64,000 bases of DNA from Malacoraja senta (taxonomy: Eukaryota). Location of the stretch: contig CM075993.1 of NCBI GenBank assembly GCA_038087875.1, positions 5,644,001 to 5,708,000 on the forward strand, in the 5' to 3' direction. Below are positions 1 through 12,189 of the stretch, piece by piece (position 1 is the stretch's first letter; each line of letters starts with the position of its first letter). The notes below the pieces were generated by a model that searched no databases, was not told where the DNA came from, and saw only the letters and a program-made list of their open reading frames with translations. The position numbers were made by a program, and so were the translations under genes.

Positions 1-10
1 AGAGGTCAGC

Positions 11-318
11 AGTTTAGTGTAGTTTAGTTCAGAGATACAGCTCAGAACCATGCCCTTTGGCCCACCAAGTCCGCGCCGACCAGCAATCCCCATTACACTA
101 GCACTCACCACACACTAGGGACAAGTTATAATTTGTACCAAAGCCAATCAACTTACAAATCTGTACGGCTTTAGAGTGTTGACGAAACCGGAGCAAATGG
201 GGAAAGACCATGCGGTCACAGGATGAATGTAGGTACAGACAGCACCCGTGGTCAGGATCGAACCCGGGTCGCCAGCGCTGTAAGGCAGCAACTCTTCCGC
301 TGCGCCACCGTGCCGCCC
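11..318 (-). mobile_element. HE1-type tRNA-derived V-SINE, full length
   Basis: Minus strand has the head GGCGGCACGGTGGCGCAGCGG (A box) and GGTTCGATCC (B box), a V-domain, and an (AAACT)n-like tail. Confidence 0.85.
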
Positions 319-556
319 TATAAGGTGCCCTCAATATTCTGGTCCACAGTGGAAGAGTTATGCTTGTGACGTCTGAGGAGTGGCCTCAGCCCAACTCTGG
401 CATCAGCCGTCATGGTTCCATGTGTGCTCACGAGTTTGCACGTTCCCCTTGCGACGTGGGTTTCCTTCGGATGCTCTGGATTCCTTCCATTTCTCAAGGA
501 CGTGTGGGTTTGTGTGTTAATTGGCTTCTGCAAATTGCAGGGTGTGGATGAGACCA

Positions 557-752
557 CCCAAACCACCCCCTCCCCAGGTACTTTCCCCTGCAACCGCAGG
601 AGATGCAACACCTGTCCCTTTACCTCTCCCCTCGACTCCGTCCAAGGACCCCGACGGTCTTTTCAGGTGAGGCAGAGGTTCACTTGCACCTCCTCCAACC
701 TCATCTACTCTATCCGCTGTTCCAGGTGTCAACTTCTATACATCGACGAGAC
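557..752 (+). mobile_element. Penelope-like element fragment: Cys-rich linker and start of the GIY-YIG endonuclease
   Basis: Translates as PGTFPCNRRRCNTCP...FTCTSSNLIYSIRCSRCQLLYIDET, matching the (L/V)IY...YIGET motif. Confidence 0.9.
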
Positions 753-1012
753 ATAGCTGGAGTTACAGAACTCCTCCACTCCACCACTGTCGGAGTGAGG
801 CCCAGTGCAAATTGGAGGAACAATTTGAGGAAATGGTCAAACGTGGGCAAATAGTACCAGCTAAGATGAGGCATCTTGGTCAGCATGGACGAGTTGGGCC
901 GAAGGGCCTTTTCCATGCTGTATGGCTTTATGCATCACAGGACTTTAGGCAGGCAAGCACTTGACTGAATGTCTGACCTAAACTTAGCAGGGACAAACTC
1001 CCTGAGTGTTAT

Positions 1013-1390
1013 GTCATACTTTGTAAGTGATAGGAGCAGAATTGGGCCATTCGGCCCATCATGTCTACTCCGCCATTCAATCATGGCTGATCTATCTCTC
1101 CCTCCTAACCCCATTCTCCTGCCTTCTCCCAATAACCCCTGACACCCGTATTAATCAAGAATCTATGTATCTCTGCCTTAAATATATCCAATGACGCCCT
1201 CCACAGCCTTTAGTGGCAAAGAATTACACAGATTCACCACCCTCTGCTAAAGAGATTCCTCCTCATCACTTTCCTAAAGGAACGTCCTTTAATTCTGAGG
1301 CTATGATCTCTAGTCCTAGACTCTCCCACTGGTTGAAACATCCCCTCCGCATCCACTCTATCCAAGCCTTTCAGTATTCGATAAGTTCCA
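1013..1390 (-). mobile_element. CR1/HER1-like LINE 3' fragment
   Basis: Translates as YRILKGLDRVDAEGMF..GESRTRDHSLRIKGRSFRK, followed by the standard 3' tail. Confidence 0.85.
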
Positions 1391-1945
1391 GTAAGAACAG
1401 TTAGACTGCACAAGACACACAGGGTCCCTGGAGTGGGACTTGAACTCATAGCCCTCTGACTCCAGAGGGAAGAGAGAGATGCTCAACGAATCTCGGTTAA
1501 TGGACATAGTGCTTCCCTTAAATTGTCTTATTAAACCTTACCTCACCACTTGGCACCGCCACCTCCATCTATTTATTTCCTCCTCTATCTGTTCTGCGGT
1601 ATTTTTTAACCTTGTTCCTTCACCTAGATTTCTATTAATACGTTTTTAAAAATGGACCAGTTGCAAACAGCACTCGAGGTCCTGTTAAATTATGCAGCAG
1701 GTTTGATTTTCCGTTACTGGTCTTGCATCTGGGCGCCATTAGTGAGGGAAGCTATGCTCCAGTGTGGTAAAGAGGAGCTATTAAGACAATAGGATATGTC
1801 CACTCTGCAAAAATAATCTAATCCGCAGAGAGTGGTTTCGAGCAGAAGGCCCCAGACCCTTGTCCCTGACACTCTGTCCCTGGCCCTCTGTCAACAAACT
1901 AGTTTGTCCCGTAAAACGGCACTGTATATCTTTTCGTTTTAATTT

Positions 1946-2245
1946 AGTTTAGTTTAATTTAGAGATACAGCGAGGAAACAGGCCCTTCGGCCCTCCGAGT
2001 CCGATCAGCGATCCCCGCACATTAACACTACCCTACACACGCGCGGAACAATTTTACATTTACACCAAGCCAATTCACCTACAAACCTGTACGTCTTTGG
2101 AGTGAGGGAGGAAACTGAAGATCTCGGAGAAAACCCACGCAGGTCACGGGGAGAACGTACAAACTCCGTACAGACAAGCACCCCTAGTCAGGATCGAACC
2201 CGGGTCTCTGGCGCTGTAAGGCTCCATCGCTGCACCACTGTGCCT
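1946..2245 (-). mobile_element. HE1-type V-SINE
   Basis: Same head, V-domain and tail as the copy at 11-318. Confidence 0.85.
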
Positions 2246-2777
2246 CCCTTGGCTGTAGAAACAAGGAATTGCAGGTGATGGTTTACAAAAAAGACATAAA
2301 GTGCTGGAGTAACACAGTTGGTCAGGCATAAGTTCATAAATGATAGGAGCAGAATCATGCCAACCAGCCCCTCAAAACTACTCTGCTATTCAATCATAGC
2401 TGATCTATCTTCCCCTCTCAACCCTGTTCTCCAGCTTTCTCTCCACTATCTCTAATGCCCTTCCAAATCAAGAACCTGTCAACCTTCATTTTAAAAATAC
2501 CCAATGACGGCCTCCACCGCCGTCTGTGGCAACAAATTCCGCAGATTCACCACCCTCTGACTAAAGAAATTCCTCCTCATCTCCTTTCTAAAGGCAACAT
2601 CTCTGGAAAAACATGGGTAGATAATGTTTCGGGTTGGGATCCTCTTCAGATTGTAGAAGGTTCCGGACCCGAATCGTCACCTATCCATGTTCTCCAGAGA
2701 TGCTGCCTGACCCGCTGAGTTACTCCAGCACTTTGTGTCTTTTTACTATATCTTGAGTTCAGCATAAATGATATTGG

Positions 2778-3282
2778 TCCCCGCACATTAACACCATCCT
2801 ACACCCACTAGGGACAGTTTTTACATTTACCAAGCCAATTAACCTACAAACCTGTACGTCTTTGGTGTGTGGGAGGAAACCGAAGATCTCGGAGAAAACC
2901 CACGCAGGTCACGGGGAGAACGTACAAACTCCGTACAGACAGCGCCCATAGTCGGGATTGAACCCGGGTCTCTGGCGCTGCATTCGCTGTAAAGGCCCTG
3001 TCCCACGATGCGAGTTTACCCAAGAGCTCTCATGGTAAGTACGTAGCGGGTACGTCGGAGCTCGTGGATGTCTCGTTGCGGCTCGTAATGCTAACGGCAG
3101 GTACTCGGGAAACGCGGAAACTCGTGACGTTTTTTCAACAGTGTGAAAAATGTCCAAGAGTAAAAGAAAATACTCGTGATGAAGTACCACGATTTTTTGG
3201 GGTTTTTTTTACTCGGGAGAGCTCTTGGGTAAACTCGCATCGTGGGACAGGGGGTTACGCAACTCTACCGCTGCGCCCCTGT
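2778..3282 (-). mobile_element. HE1-type SINE interrupted by a MITE
   Basis: The SINE sequence resumes (caactctaccgctgcgcc) after the MITE. Confidence 0.8.
2993..3255. mobile_element. PIF/Harbinger-like MITE (subfamily A)
   Basis: Inverted termini cctgtcccacgatgcgagtttacccaagagctctc / gagagctcttgggtaaactcgcatcgtgggacagg, inserted at a TAA. Confidence 0.75.
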
Positions 3283-3289
3283 GACCGTT

Positions 3290-3675
3290 TTGTGATTCGT
3301 GTCACGTGTTCCGAGGTACAGTGAAGAGTTTTTTGTTTCATGCTATCCAGTCAGTGTAAAGATTATACATGATTACAATTGAGCCGTCCACAGTGTACAG
3401 GATATAGGCAATAATGTTTAGTGCAAGATTAGGTCCACTAAAGTCCGATTAAAGATAGTCCGATGGTCTCCAATGAAGTAGATGGTAGCTCAGGCCCGCT
3501 CTCGAGTTGGCGACAGGATGGTTCAATTGCCTGATAACAGCTGAGAAGAAACTGTCCGTGAATCTGGAGGTGTGTGTTTTCACACTTCTGAAACTCTTGC
3601 CTGATGGAAGAGGGAGTGGCCAGGGTGAGACTGGTCCTTGGTTATGCTGCTGGCCTTGCCGAGGCAGCGTGGGGG
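3290..3675 (-). mobile_element. Rex1/Babar-like LINE 3' fragment
   Basis: Translates as LPSGKSFRSVKTHTSRFTDSFFSAVIRQLN. Confidence 0.75.
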
Positions 3676-3787
3676 TTGTGTGGTTGTTAGTGGCAGGGTT
3701 TGTAGCATGGCGTGTAGAGCGAACTAACCCACAAATAAAGCAATACAGCAAGAACCATCTAATTAAATAGGAGCAGTAGGTGAGATA

Positions 3788-4686
3788 GGGCGGCATGGTG
3801 GCGATTTGCTGCCTCACAGCGCCAGAGACCCGGGTTCGATCCCGACTACGGGTGCTGTCTGTACGGAGTTTGTACGTTCTCCCCGTGACCTGCGTGGGTT
3901 TTCTCCAAGATCTTCGGTTTCCTCCCACACTCCAAAGACGTCCAAGTTTGTAGGTTAATTGGCCTTGGTATAAATGTAAAAGAATTGTCCTTAGTTTGTG
4001 TAGGATAGACTCAAGAGTGTTTATTGTCATGTGTCCCTGACAGGACAATGAAATTCTTGCTTTGCTTCAGCACAACAGAACATAGTAGGCATTGACTACA
4101 AAACAGATCAATGTGTCCATACACCATTATATACGTAAATACACACATGAATAAATAATCTGATAAAGTGCAAATAACAGATAATGGGCTATTAATGTTC
4201 AGAGTTTTGTCCGAGCCAAGTTTAATAGCCTGATGGCTGTGGGGAAGTAGCTATTCCTGAACCTGGTCGTTGCAGTCTTCAGGCTCCTGTACCTTCTACC
4301 TGAAGGTAGCAGGGAGATGAGTGTGTGGCCAGGATGGTGTGGGTCCTTGATGATACTGCCAGCCTTTTTGAGGCAGCGACTGCGATAGATCCCCTCGATG
4401 GAAGGGAGGTCAGAGCCGATGATGGACTGGGCAGTGTTTACTACTTTTTGTAGTCTTTTCCTCTCCAGGGCGCTCCAGCATGCTCTCTACTGTGCACCTG
4501 TAGAAGTTCGAGAGAGTCCTCCTTGACAAACCGACTCTCCGTAATCTTCTCAGGAAGTAGAGGCGCTGATGTAGATTCTTAATAATTGCATCAGTGTTCT
4601 CGGACCAGTGTTAATGTGCGGGGATCGCTGGTCGGCGCGGACTCGGTGGGCGCAAGGGTCTGTTTTCACGCTGTATCTATGAACTA
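3788..4686 (+). mobile_element. HE1-type SINE split by a Rex1 insertion
   Basis: Head and V-domain at 3788-4007; the tail resumes at about 4607 (agtgttaatgtgcggggatcgctgg). Confidence 0.8.
4008..4606 (-). mobile_element. Rex1/Babar-like LINE 3' fragment
   Basis: Minus strand reads QRLYFLRRLRRVGL..NFYRCTVESML..IIKDPHHPGHTLISLLPSGRRYRSLKT..RFRNSYFPTAIRLLN. Confidence 0.85.
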
Positions 4687-5536
4687 TGTAATTATTCCTT
4701 CAGAGATCTGGGCTACACCCTGTGGACCAAACACTAAAAGTGTTTCTTTAATCCTACGCTAACTTAAGAGGAGAGTGTCCCTGACTTTGTTTTGAGTTCT
4801 TTTAAAACCTTTACCATTCATGGATGGTGGACTCTGATAATGGCAGCATTTATTTTCCCATCCCCATTTGCCCTGAGCTGTGGAGTCAATTGGGAGTCAA
4901 CTCCATTTTGTGGCCCTAGGGAGCAGGTATCCTCCCCTGAAAGTGCCTTCTCTCTGATCTCCTTTAAATCCACATACATCCATCTGGTAGTTTAGTTGTC
5001 ATAGAGTCTCAGACCTTCGCAGCAAGGAAAAAGGCCCTTCGGCCCAGCTTGTCCATGCCAACCTCTATGTTATTTCATGTTGTAGGAAGGAATGCTGGTT
5101 TAAACCGAAGATAGACACAAAGTGCTGGAGTAACTCAGCGGGGCAGGCGGCATCTGTGGAGAGAAGGAATGGGTGATGTTTCGGGTCGAGACCCTTCTTC
5201 AGACTGCAGACTTCTCTCCAGAGATGCTGCCTGTCCCGTTGGGTTACTCCAACATTTTGTGTCTATCTATTTAAGTTAATCCCTGTTTTTGGTCCATATT
5301 CCTCCATATCCCTGAACTTTTCCAATCCATGTACCTCTCCAAATGGCTTTTAAACATTGCGATTGTACCCGGCTTGCCCACCACCTCTGGCAGTCATTTA
5401 TTCACCACCTCCCGTGTGAAAAACATTCCCCTTCGACCGCTTTAAAACTTTCCCCTCTCACGTTAATTCTATGCCCGCTAGTTTTGAACTTCCCTACACC
5501 CTGGAGAAAAAAGTCCCCAACCATCCATCCTGTCTA

Positions 5537-5781
5537 AGGTAGACAAAAGTGCTGGAGAAACTCAGCGGGTGCAGCAGCATCTATGGAGCGAAGGAAATAG
5601 GCAACGTTTCGGGCCGAAACCCTTCCGGGTTTCGTCCCGAAACGCTGCCTATTTCTTTCAGGGTTTCGGCCCGAAACGTTGCCTATCTCCTTCGCTCCAT
5701 AGATGCTGCTGCACCCGCTGAGTTTCTCCAGCACTTTTGTCTACCTTCGATTTTCCAGCATCTGCAGTTCCTTCTTAAACA
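5537..5781. mobile_element. Penelope-derived fold-back (palindromic) insert
   Basis: Inverted arms flanked by the 15-bp direct repeat catccatcctgtcta (5522-5536 and 5782-5796). Confidence 0.85.
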
Positions 5782-6009
5782 CATCCATCCTGTCTATGCC
5801 CCTGCTGGACACAAAATGCAGGAGTAACTCAGCAGGTCGGGCAGCATCTCTGGAGAGAAAGGATGGGTGATGTTTTGGGTCGCCACACTGCTTGAGACTG
5901 AAAGTGGAGGGGATAGATTGTGTAAACCTCATACAAGGTCACCTCTCAGTCTTGTTTGCTTCAGGGAAAGCAGTCCCAGCCTAGACAGCCTCTCCTTATA
6001 ACTGGGGTG

Positions 6010-6416
6010 AAAACATAGAAAATAGGTGCAGGAGGAGGCCATTCGGCCCTTCGAGCCACCACCGCCATTCATTGCAATCATGGCTGATCGTCCCCAATCA
6101 ATAACCTGCCTTCTCCCCATATCCCTTGATTCCACTAGCCCCTAGAGCTCTATCTAACTCTCTCTTAAATCCATCCTGTGATTTGGCCTCCACTGCCCTC
6201 TGTGGCAGGGAATTCCACAAATTCACAACTCTCTGGGTGAAAACGTTTTTTTCTCACCTCCGTCTTAAATGGCCTCCCCTTTATTCTAAGACTGTGGCCC
6301 CTGGTTCTGGACACGCCCAACATTGGGAACATTTTTCCTGCATCTAGCTTGTCCAGTCCTTTTATAATTTTATATGTTTCTATAAGATCCCCCCTCATCC
6401 TTCTAAACTCCAGTGA
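6010..6416 (-). mobile_element. CR1/HER1-like LINE 3' fragment
   Basis: Translates as MRGDLIETYKIIKGLDKLDAGKMFPMLG..RTRGHSLRIKG. Confidence 0.9.
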
Positions 6417-7242
6417 AAGGGGGAAATGAGGCGGCGAAACAGGCTGATGGGAACACTCTGAGGGTCAGTCTTGAACAGAGGGGCTGAATGGCCCTTTACT
6501 GTTCCCTAAAGGGTGTGAAGGTAGCTGACGGCAGGAGTTGTGACTGTGAAATCACTGAGTTGTCAAACTAACCATGTGTTTCACTAAGTCTGAGTCTGAA
6601 GAAGGGTCTCGACCTGAAACGTCAATATTTCCTTCACTCCGTAGATGCTGCCTCACCCGCTGAGTTTCTCCAGCAATTTTATCTACCATGTGGTTCACCA
6701 ATGTCCTTCAACAGAGTCCGAGTGACTGAGCCTGGATCAGTTTAAAGGAGATGTAGGTGCCTGGAACGCAGGGGTAATGACAGAGGCAGATATGATAGGA
6801 GCGTTTTGGAGGCTTTAGGATAGGCACAGGGATATGCAGGGCATGAGGTACATGGATCATGTGCATGCTGAGGAGATAAGTTTAACTCGACATCATGCTC
6901 AGCACAGACATTGTGGGCTGAAGGGCCTGTTCATAAGTTGTAGAAGCAGAATTAGGCCATTCAGCCCATCAAGTCTACTCCGCCATTGGCTGATCTGTCT
7001 TTCCTTCTCAGCTCCGTTCTCCTGCCTTCTCCCCATAACCCTTGACACCCTAACTAATCAAGAACCCATCAGTCTCCACCTTAAAAATATCCATTGACTT
7101 CATCTCCACGGCCCTCTGTGCTGTTCTTTATTCCATGGCTGTCTGTTGTACAGTCACTCGTGAGTATCTATGAAGATGGGCGATGAGCAGAAAAGCCAAA
7201 TGTGGGTGGATTTACAGTGTAGTCAAGTTAGATTTACCCTGG

Positions 7243-7344
7243 GTAGACAAAAATGCTGGAGAAACTCAGCGGGTGAGGCAGCATCTATGGAGTGAAGGAA
7301 TAGGTGACATTTCGGGCCGAAACCCTTCTTCAGACTGACCCTTC
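7243..7344 (-). mobile_element. Penelope-derived short insert with hammerhead core
   Basis: Minus strand has CTGAAGAAGGGTTTCGGCCCGAAA. Flanked by the 12-bp direct repeat gatttaccctgg (7231-7242 and 7345-7356). Confidence 0.8.
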
Positions 7345-8050
7345 GATTTACCCTGGCGTTGTTTTGATAAAGATATATTTGCCTGCATATCTTTGGAAAA
7401 GTACTGCACAATACTTGGCGATCTCAGCTGAATGTCAAAGCGGGCAGTCGGTTTGGCCAGTGCCGTCCTTCCCAGTGGGTATGAGGAGGAAAAACAGCGC
7501 AAGATGTATCACATGGGAACATCTGTCCCTTTTATGGTGTGGCTGGAGGCTGTGGGTCCATTTGATGGGGATCAGATTACACTGCAATGCAGTCCAGGGA
7601 TTCAGGGAGGAAACTCGATCCGGACCGATAGATTCCCGGATATAATTAAGCACGGATCACGTCTCTCAGGTCACCACAGCCTGCAATAAGTGAGATCAAA
7701 CTAAAGCATATTGTGTTCTTATGTACATCTTGTGCATCTGCAATCTCATGAGAATAATTTTGGAAGTGGTGCGGGTGGAAGTATTTATAGATACTTAAAA
7801 AAATAACAAGCAAAGACTTTTGAACAACAAAATATAAAATGTATACGAGTAATTTTAATAGACCAGCAGTGAGGTGAATGGGAATTAACATGTAGAACCC
7901 CCTCCCCCCCACGACTTGCATGGTTAAAATACATACAGGGAACTCGGAGTGGCGTGGTGGCACAGTGGGTAGAGCCACTACATCACGATGCCAGAGACCT
8001 GGGTTCAATCCTGATCTTGGGTGCTGTCTGCGCGGGGTTTGCGTGTTCTC

Positions 8051-8464
8051 CTCTTTTAAGTCAAGACTAAAGACTTATCTATACCCCCAAGCCTTTCCTG
8101 GCGTCCTCTGAGTGAGAGCTGCATGTATATATGTATGTAGGTACACAAAAATGCTGGAGAAACTCAGCGGGTGCAGCAGCATCTATGGAGCGAAGGAAAT
8201 AGGCAACGTTTCGGGCCGAAACCCTTCTTCAGACTGATAGGCAATATATGTATGTAGTCTGAAGAAGGGTTTCGGCCCGAAACGTTACCTATTTCCTTCG
8301 CTCCATAGATGCTGCTGCACCCGCTGAGATTCTCCAGCATTTTTGTGTACCTATGTATGTAGTTTGTTTTGTTTGTGCTATTCTTATAACAAATGTAAAG
8401 CACTTTGGCCAACGAGAGTTGTTTTTTAAATGTGCTATATAAATAAATGTGACTTGACTTGACT
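8051..8464 (+). mobile_element. L2-like LINE 3' end nested in a SINE, itself containing a Penelope-derived palindrome
   Basis: FKSRLKTYLY peptide, then tgtaaagcactttg...tgctatataaataaa and a (GACTT)n tail. SINE head at 7948-8050 and SINE remainder at about 8478-8655. Confidence 0.7.
8259..8290 (+). ncRNA. Minimal hammerhead ribozyme motif (Penelope type); representative of dozens of copies
   Basis: CTGAAGA-A-GGGT(TTCG)GCCC-GAAA-C-GTT: conserved CUGANGA and GAAA boxes, stem II, a short palindromic stem III and an NUH triplet. Confidence 0.7.
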
Positions 8465-9009
8465 CCCTCTGGCTGCATGGGTGCTCCGGTTTCCTCCCGC
8501 ATCCCAAAGATGCACAGGCTTGCAGGCTGGTTGGCCCCTGGTGTGTAGGGAGTAGGGACGAGAGAGTGGGGTCAGGCAGAACTGGTGTGAGTCGCTGGTC
8601 AGCGCGGACTCGGTGGGCCGAGGGACCCGCTTCCATGCTGTGTCTCCAAACTGAACTCCTGGCCGTGTGTTTAAATCAAACTCCAGACTCTTCAACACAA
8701 AAGCCATGGCCGACACCCTTACTGCAGATAGATAAAAAGTTGCTGGAGTAACTCAGCAGGTCAGGCGGCATCTGTGGAGAAAATGGAGAGGTGATGTTCT
8801 GGGCTTGGACCCTTCTAGAGACTGATTGTAGCGTGCAGGGGAGTGGGAGGGGGGGAGGGACTGGAAGCAATAAACCAGCATCTGCAGTTCTTTTTTATTA
8901 CCCATCCTGCAGCATTATTGACCTGTCTGCGAGAATGAGACGTTAAACTGCGATCCCTTTGTCAGGCTGATGCAAGTAACTCGGCAGTCAGTAGACTGCA
9001 GGGAAGCTT

Positions 9010-9595
9010 TAGGCTTTAGGTACAGCCCGGAAACAGGCCATTTGGCCCCCCGAGTCTGTGCTGACCAGTAATCACCCCGTACACCAGCACTATCCCACAT
9101 ACTAGGGGCAATTAAATTTTATTTACCGAAGCCCATTAATCTACAAATGTGGACAAAAGCGCTGGAGAAACTCAGCGGGTGAGGCAGCATCTATGGAGCG
9201 AAGGAAATGGGCAACGTTTCGGGCCGAAACCCGGAAGGAAATAGGCAACGTTTCGGGCCGAAACCCGGAAGGAAATAGGCAACGTTTCTGGCCGAAACCC
9301 GGAAGGGTTTCGTCCCGAAACGTTGCCTATTTCCTTCGCTCCATAGATGCTGCCTCACCCAGTTTCACCAGCCCTTTTGTCTACCTTCGATTTTCCAGCA
9401 TCTGCAGTTCCTTCTTAAACCTACAAATGTGCACGTTTTTGGAGTGTGGGAGGAAAACCGGAGCACCTGGAGAAAACCCTCGTGGTCACAGAGGGAATGT
9501 ACAAACTCCGTACAGTCAACACCCGGAGGCAAGGTTGAACCCGGGACACTGGCGCTGTGAGGCAGCAACTCTACCGCTGCGCCACCGTGCCACTG
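9010..9595 (-). mobile_element. HE1-type SINE interrupted by a Penelope-derived palindrome (9152-9420)
   Basis: Direct repeat ctacaaatgtg at 9141-9151 and 9421-9431 flanks the palindrome. Confidence 0.8.
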
Positions 9596-10204
9596 TGTCC
9601 TTGCCATCATTTCTCCCTCAGCCAACATCATCAGAGATCAGCGCCCGGCTGTGTTGCTGTTGGACCATGGGCGACTGCTGTACACAAACAGACTGCTGCA
9701 TTGCCAATGCTTCTGCAGCAATGCGGAACTATTTTTTATCAGCAACACGGTATTTTTGGACATCCCATATGGGCCGTGAATTGTGCAATAGAACCACATG
9801 TTTGTTTTTAGTGAGGGTTTTGGGAAACAAAGACTCCCCCTCCCAATCCACAATCAGTCTGGTCCCGACCAGAAACGTTTAACGTCACCTATCCATGTCC
9901 TCCAGAGATGCTGCCTGACCCCTTGAGTCACATGTTTAAGCAGGAACTGCAGATGCTGGAAAAATCGAAGGTAGACAAAAATGCTGGAGAATCTCAGTGG
10001 GTGCGGCAGCATCTATGGAGCGAAGGAATTGGCGACGTCGCCTATTCCTCACCTCCATAGATGCTGCCTCACCTGCTGAGTTTCTCCAGCATTTTTGTCT
10101 ACCCTGAGTTACATACACCACTGCAAGTTTGAATTTCATTGTTCTATCTGGGATAACATGATGGCAAGACCATCTTTCATCTACCTGCACATAGCGTGCA
10201 TCAT

Positions 10205-10800
10205 AAAGTCATAAGGTCATTAGTGATTGGAGTAGAATTAGGCCATTCGGCCCATCACCTACTCTGCCATTCAACCCTGGCTGATCTATCTCTCCCTCCT
10301 AACCCCTTTCTCCTGCTTTCTCCCCATAACCTCTGACACCAGTACTAATCAAGAATATCTACAGTATCCCTGCCTTAAAAATATCCACTGACTTGGCCTC
10401 CACAACTTTCTGTGGCAAAGAATTCCACAGATTCACCACCCTCTGACTAAAGAAATTTCTCCTCATCACCTTCCTTAAAGAACGTCCTTTAATTCTCCAC
10501 ATCCACTCTATCCAAGCCCTTCAATATTCCGTATGTTTCAATGAGGTCCCGCCCCCCCCCACTCCCCCCCTCATTCTTCTAAACTCCACGAGTACAGGCC
10601 CAATGCCGACAAACGCTCATCATAGGTTAACCTACTCATTGCTGGGATCATTCTTGTAAACCTCCTCTGGACCCTCTCCAGAGCCAGCACATCCTTCCTC
10701 AGAGATGAGGCCCAAAATTGCTCACAATATTCCAAATACAGCAGCATCTCAGCATTACATCCCTGTTTTTATATACAAGCCCTCTTGAGATAAATGCTAG
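10205..10800 (-). mobile_element. CR1-like LINE 3' fragment
   Basis: Homologous to other CR1 copies in the window, including the RT C-terminal region. Confidence 0.8.
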
Positions 10801-10974
10801 TACTGAGTTTGCGTTTATCACTCCATTCCCTGCATATCCAGATGCCTGTCCAAAAGTCTGTTAAATGCCACTAACCTATCTGCTACAACTGCCACCTCTG
10901 GCAGCATATTCCAGGTGCTCACCCAACCTCTGTGCCCCACACATCTCCGTTAAACTTTGGCCCCTCTCTGCATG

Positions 10975-11715
10975 CAGTTCTGGCAAACACATTCCAGGAA
11001 AGATGTGCAGGTTTGGAGAGGTTGCAGATGAGGATTACCAGAATGCTGCCTGGATTAGAGGGTTTCAGCTTCGGGGAGAGGTTGGATAGACTTGGATTGG
11101 TGTCTCTGGAACGTTGAAGGTTGAGGGGTGACTTGACAGAAGTACATAAAATCAAGAGAGGCATTAGAAACATAGGTACAGGAGTAGGCCCTTCGAGCCA
11201 GCACCGCCATTCAATACGATCATGGCTGATCATCCAAAATCAGTACCCCGTTCCTGCTTTTTCCCCATATCCTGAAGAATATCCATTTCCCCTTAGACTG
11301 AAGAAGGGTTTCGGCCCGAAACGTTGCCTATTTCCTTCGCTCCATAGATGCTGCCGTACCCGCTGGGTTTCTCCAGCATTTTTGTCTACCTTTTCCCCAT
11401 GTCCCTTGATTTCATTAGCCCTAAGAGCTAAATCTAACTCTCTCTTGAAAACATCCAGCGAATTGGCCTCCACTGCCTTCTGTGGCAGAGAATTCCACAG
11501 ATTCACAACTCTCTGGGTGAAAGAGTTTTTCCTCATCTCAGTCCAAAATGGCCTACCCCTTATTCTTAAATTGCCACCCCTGGTTCTGGACTTCCCCCAA
11601 CATCGGGAATTTTTTTCCTGCATCTGGCCTGTCCAATCCTTTAAGAATTGTATATGTTTCTATAAGATCCCCTCTCATCCTCCTAAATTCCAGTGAATAC
11701 AAGCCCAGTCGACCC
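10975..11715. mobile_element. Two opposed CR1 fragments with a hammerhead-bearing insert (about 11272-11390)
   Basis: Plus strand LERLQMRITRMLPGL; minus strand RGRPFWTEMRKNSFTQRVVNLWNSLP. The repeat ttttccccat flanks the insert. Confidence 0.8.
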
Positions 11716-12189
11716 TTTTAGAACCTTTATCGCAGGTTGGAAATGCCCCGACATGAGAGCGTTTGCATTTAGCCAGTCTCTCTCTCAGCCAGTGTGGGGT
11801 CATTAGCAGGCAATGTGCCTCTCGGCTCCTACCACACGGACTCTGCCGAGAGACAGAATTCTGCGCAGAGTGAAACTAAAATTGCGCATCAACAACAAGT
11901 CTTCGAGCAGACTGGCAATAACATTGTTTTGTACCAGCATCCGTTCCAACCCATGTGGGACTGTGCTCAGTGCCGACTAACTGTTAGAGCCAGCCAGCTG
12001 TGTGTTCAGTGAAACTATCGATTACTGCTGCTCTTATTCTGTCTGAATGCTGCACCCGTCCAAACCACCGCTGATAAAAATTACCGCAATTAATGTGGGG
12101 CAGAGGCAGGAATATTCTCGCCCCATCCGGCAGTCGAGGCATTGTGTTAATCTGGAAGTTATCCGCTCAAACCAAACCTTGCCCGGATC

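Noticed and set aside
7415..7700. Possible exon: 85-aa ORF on +, or a minus-strand acceptor (cacttattgcag) near 7681
   Set aside because: No similarity to MAP1 exon 1 or any protein I recognise. All three frames after the minus-strand acceptor stop quickly; a non-coding exon cannot be shown without RNA data.
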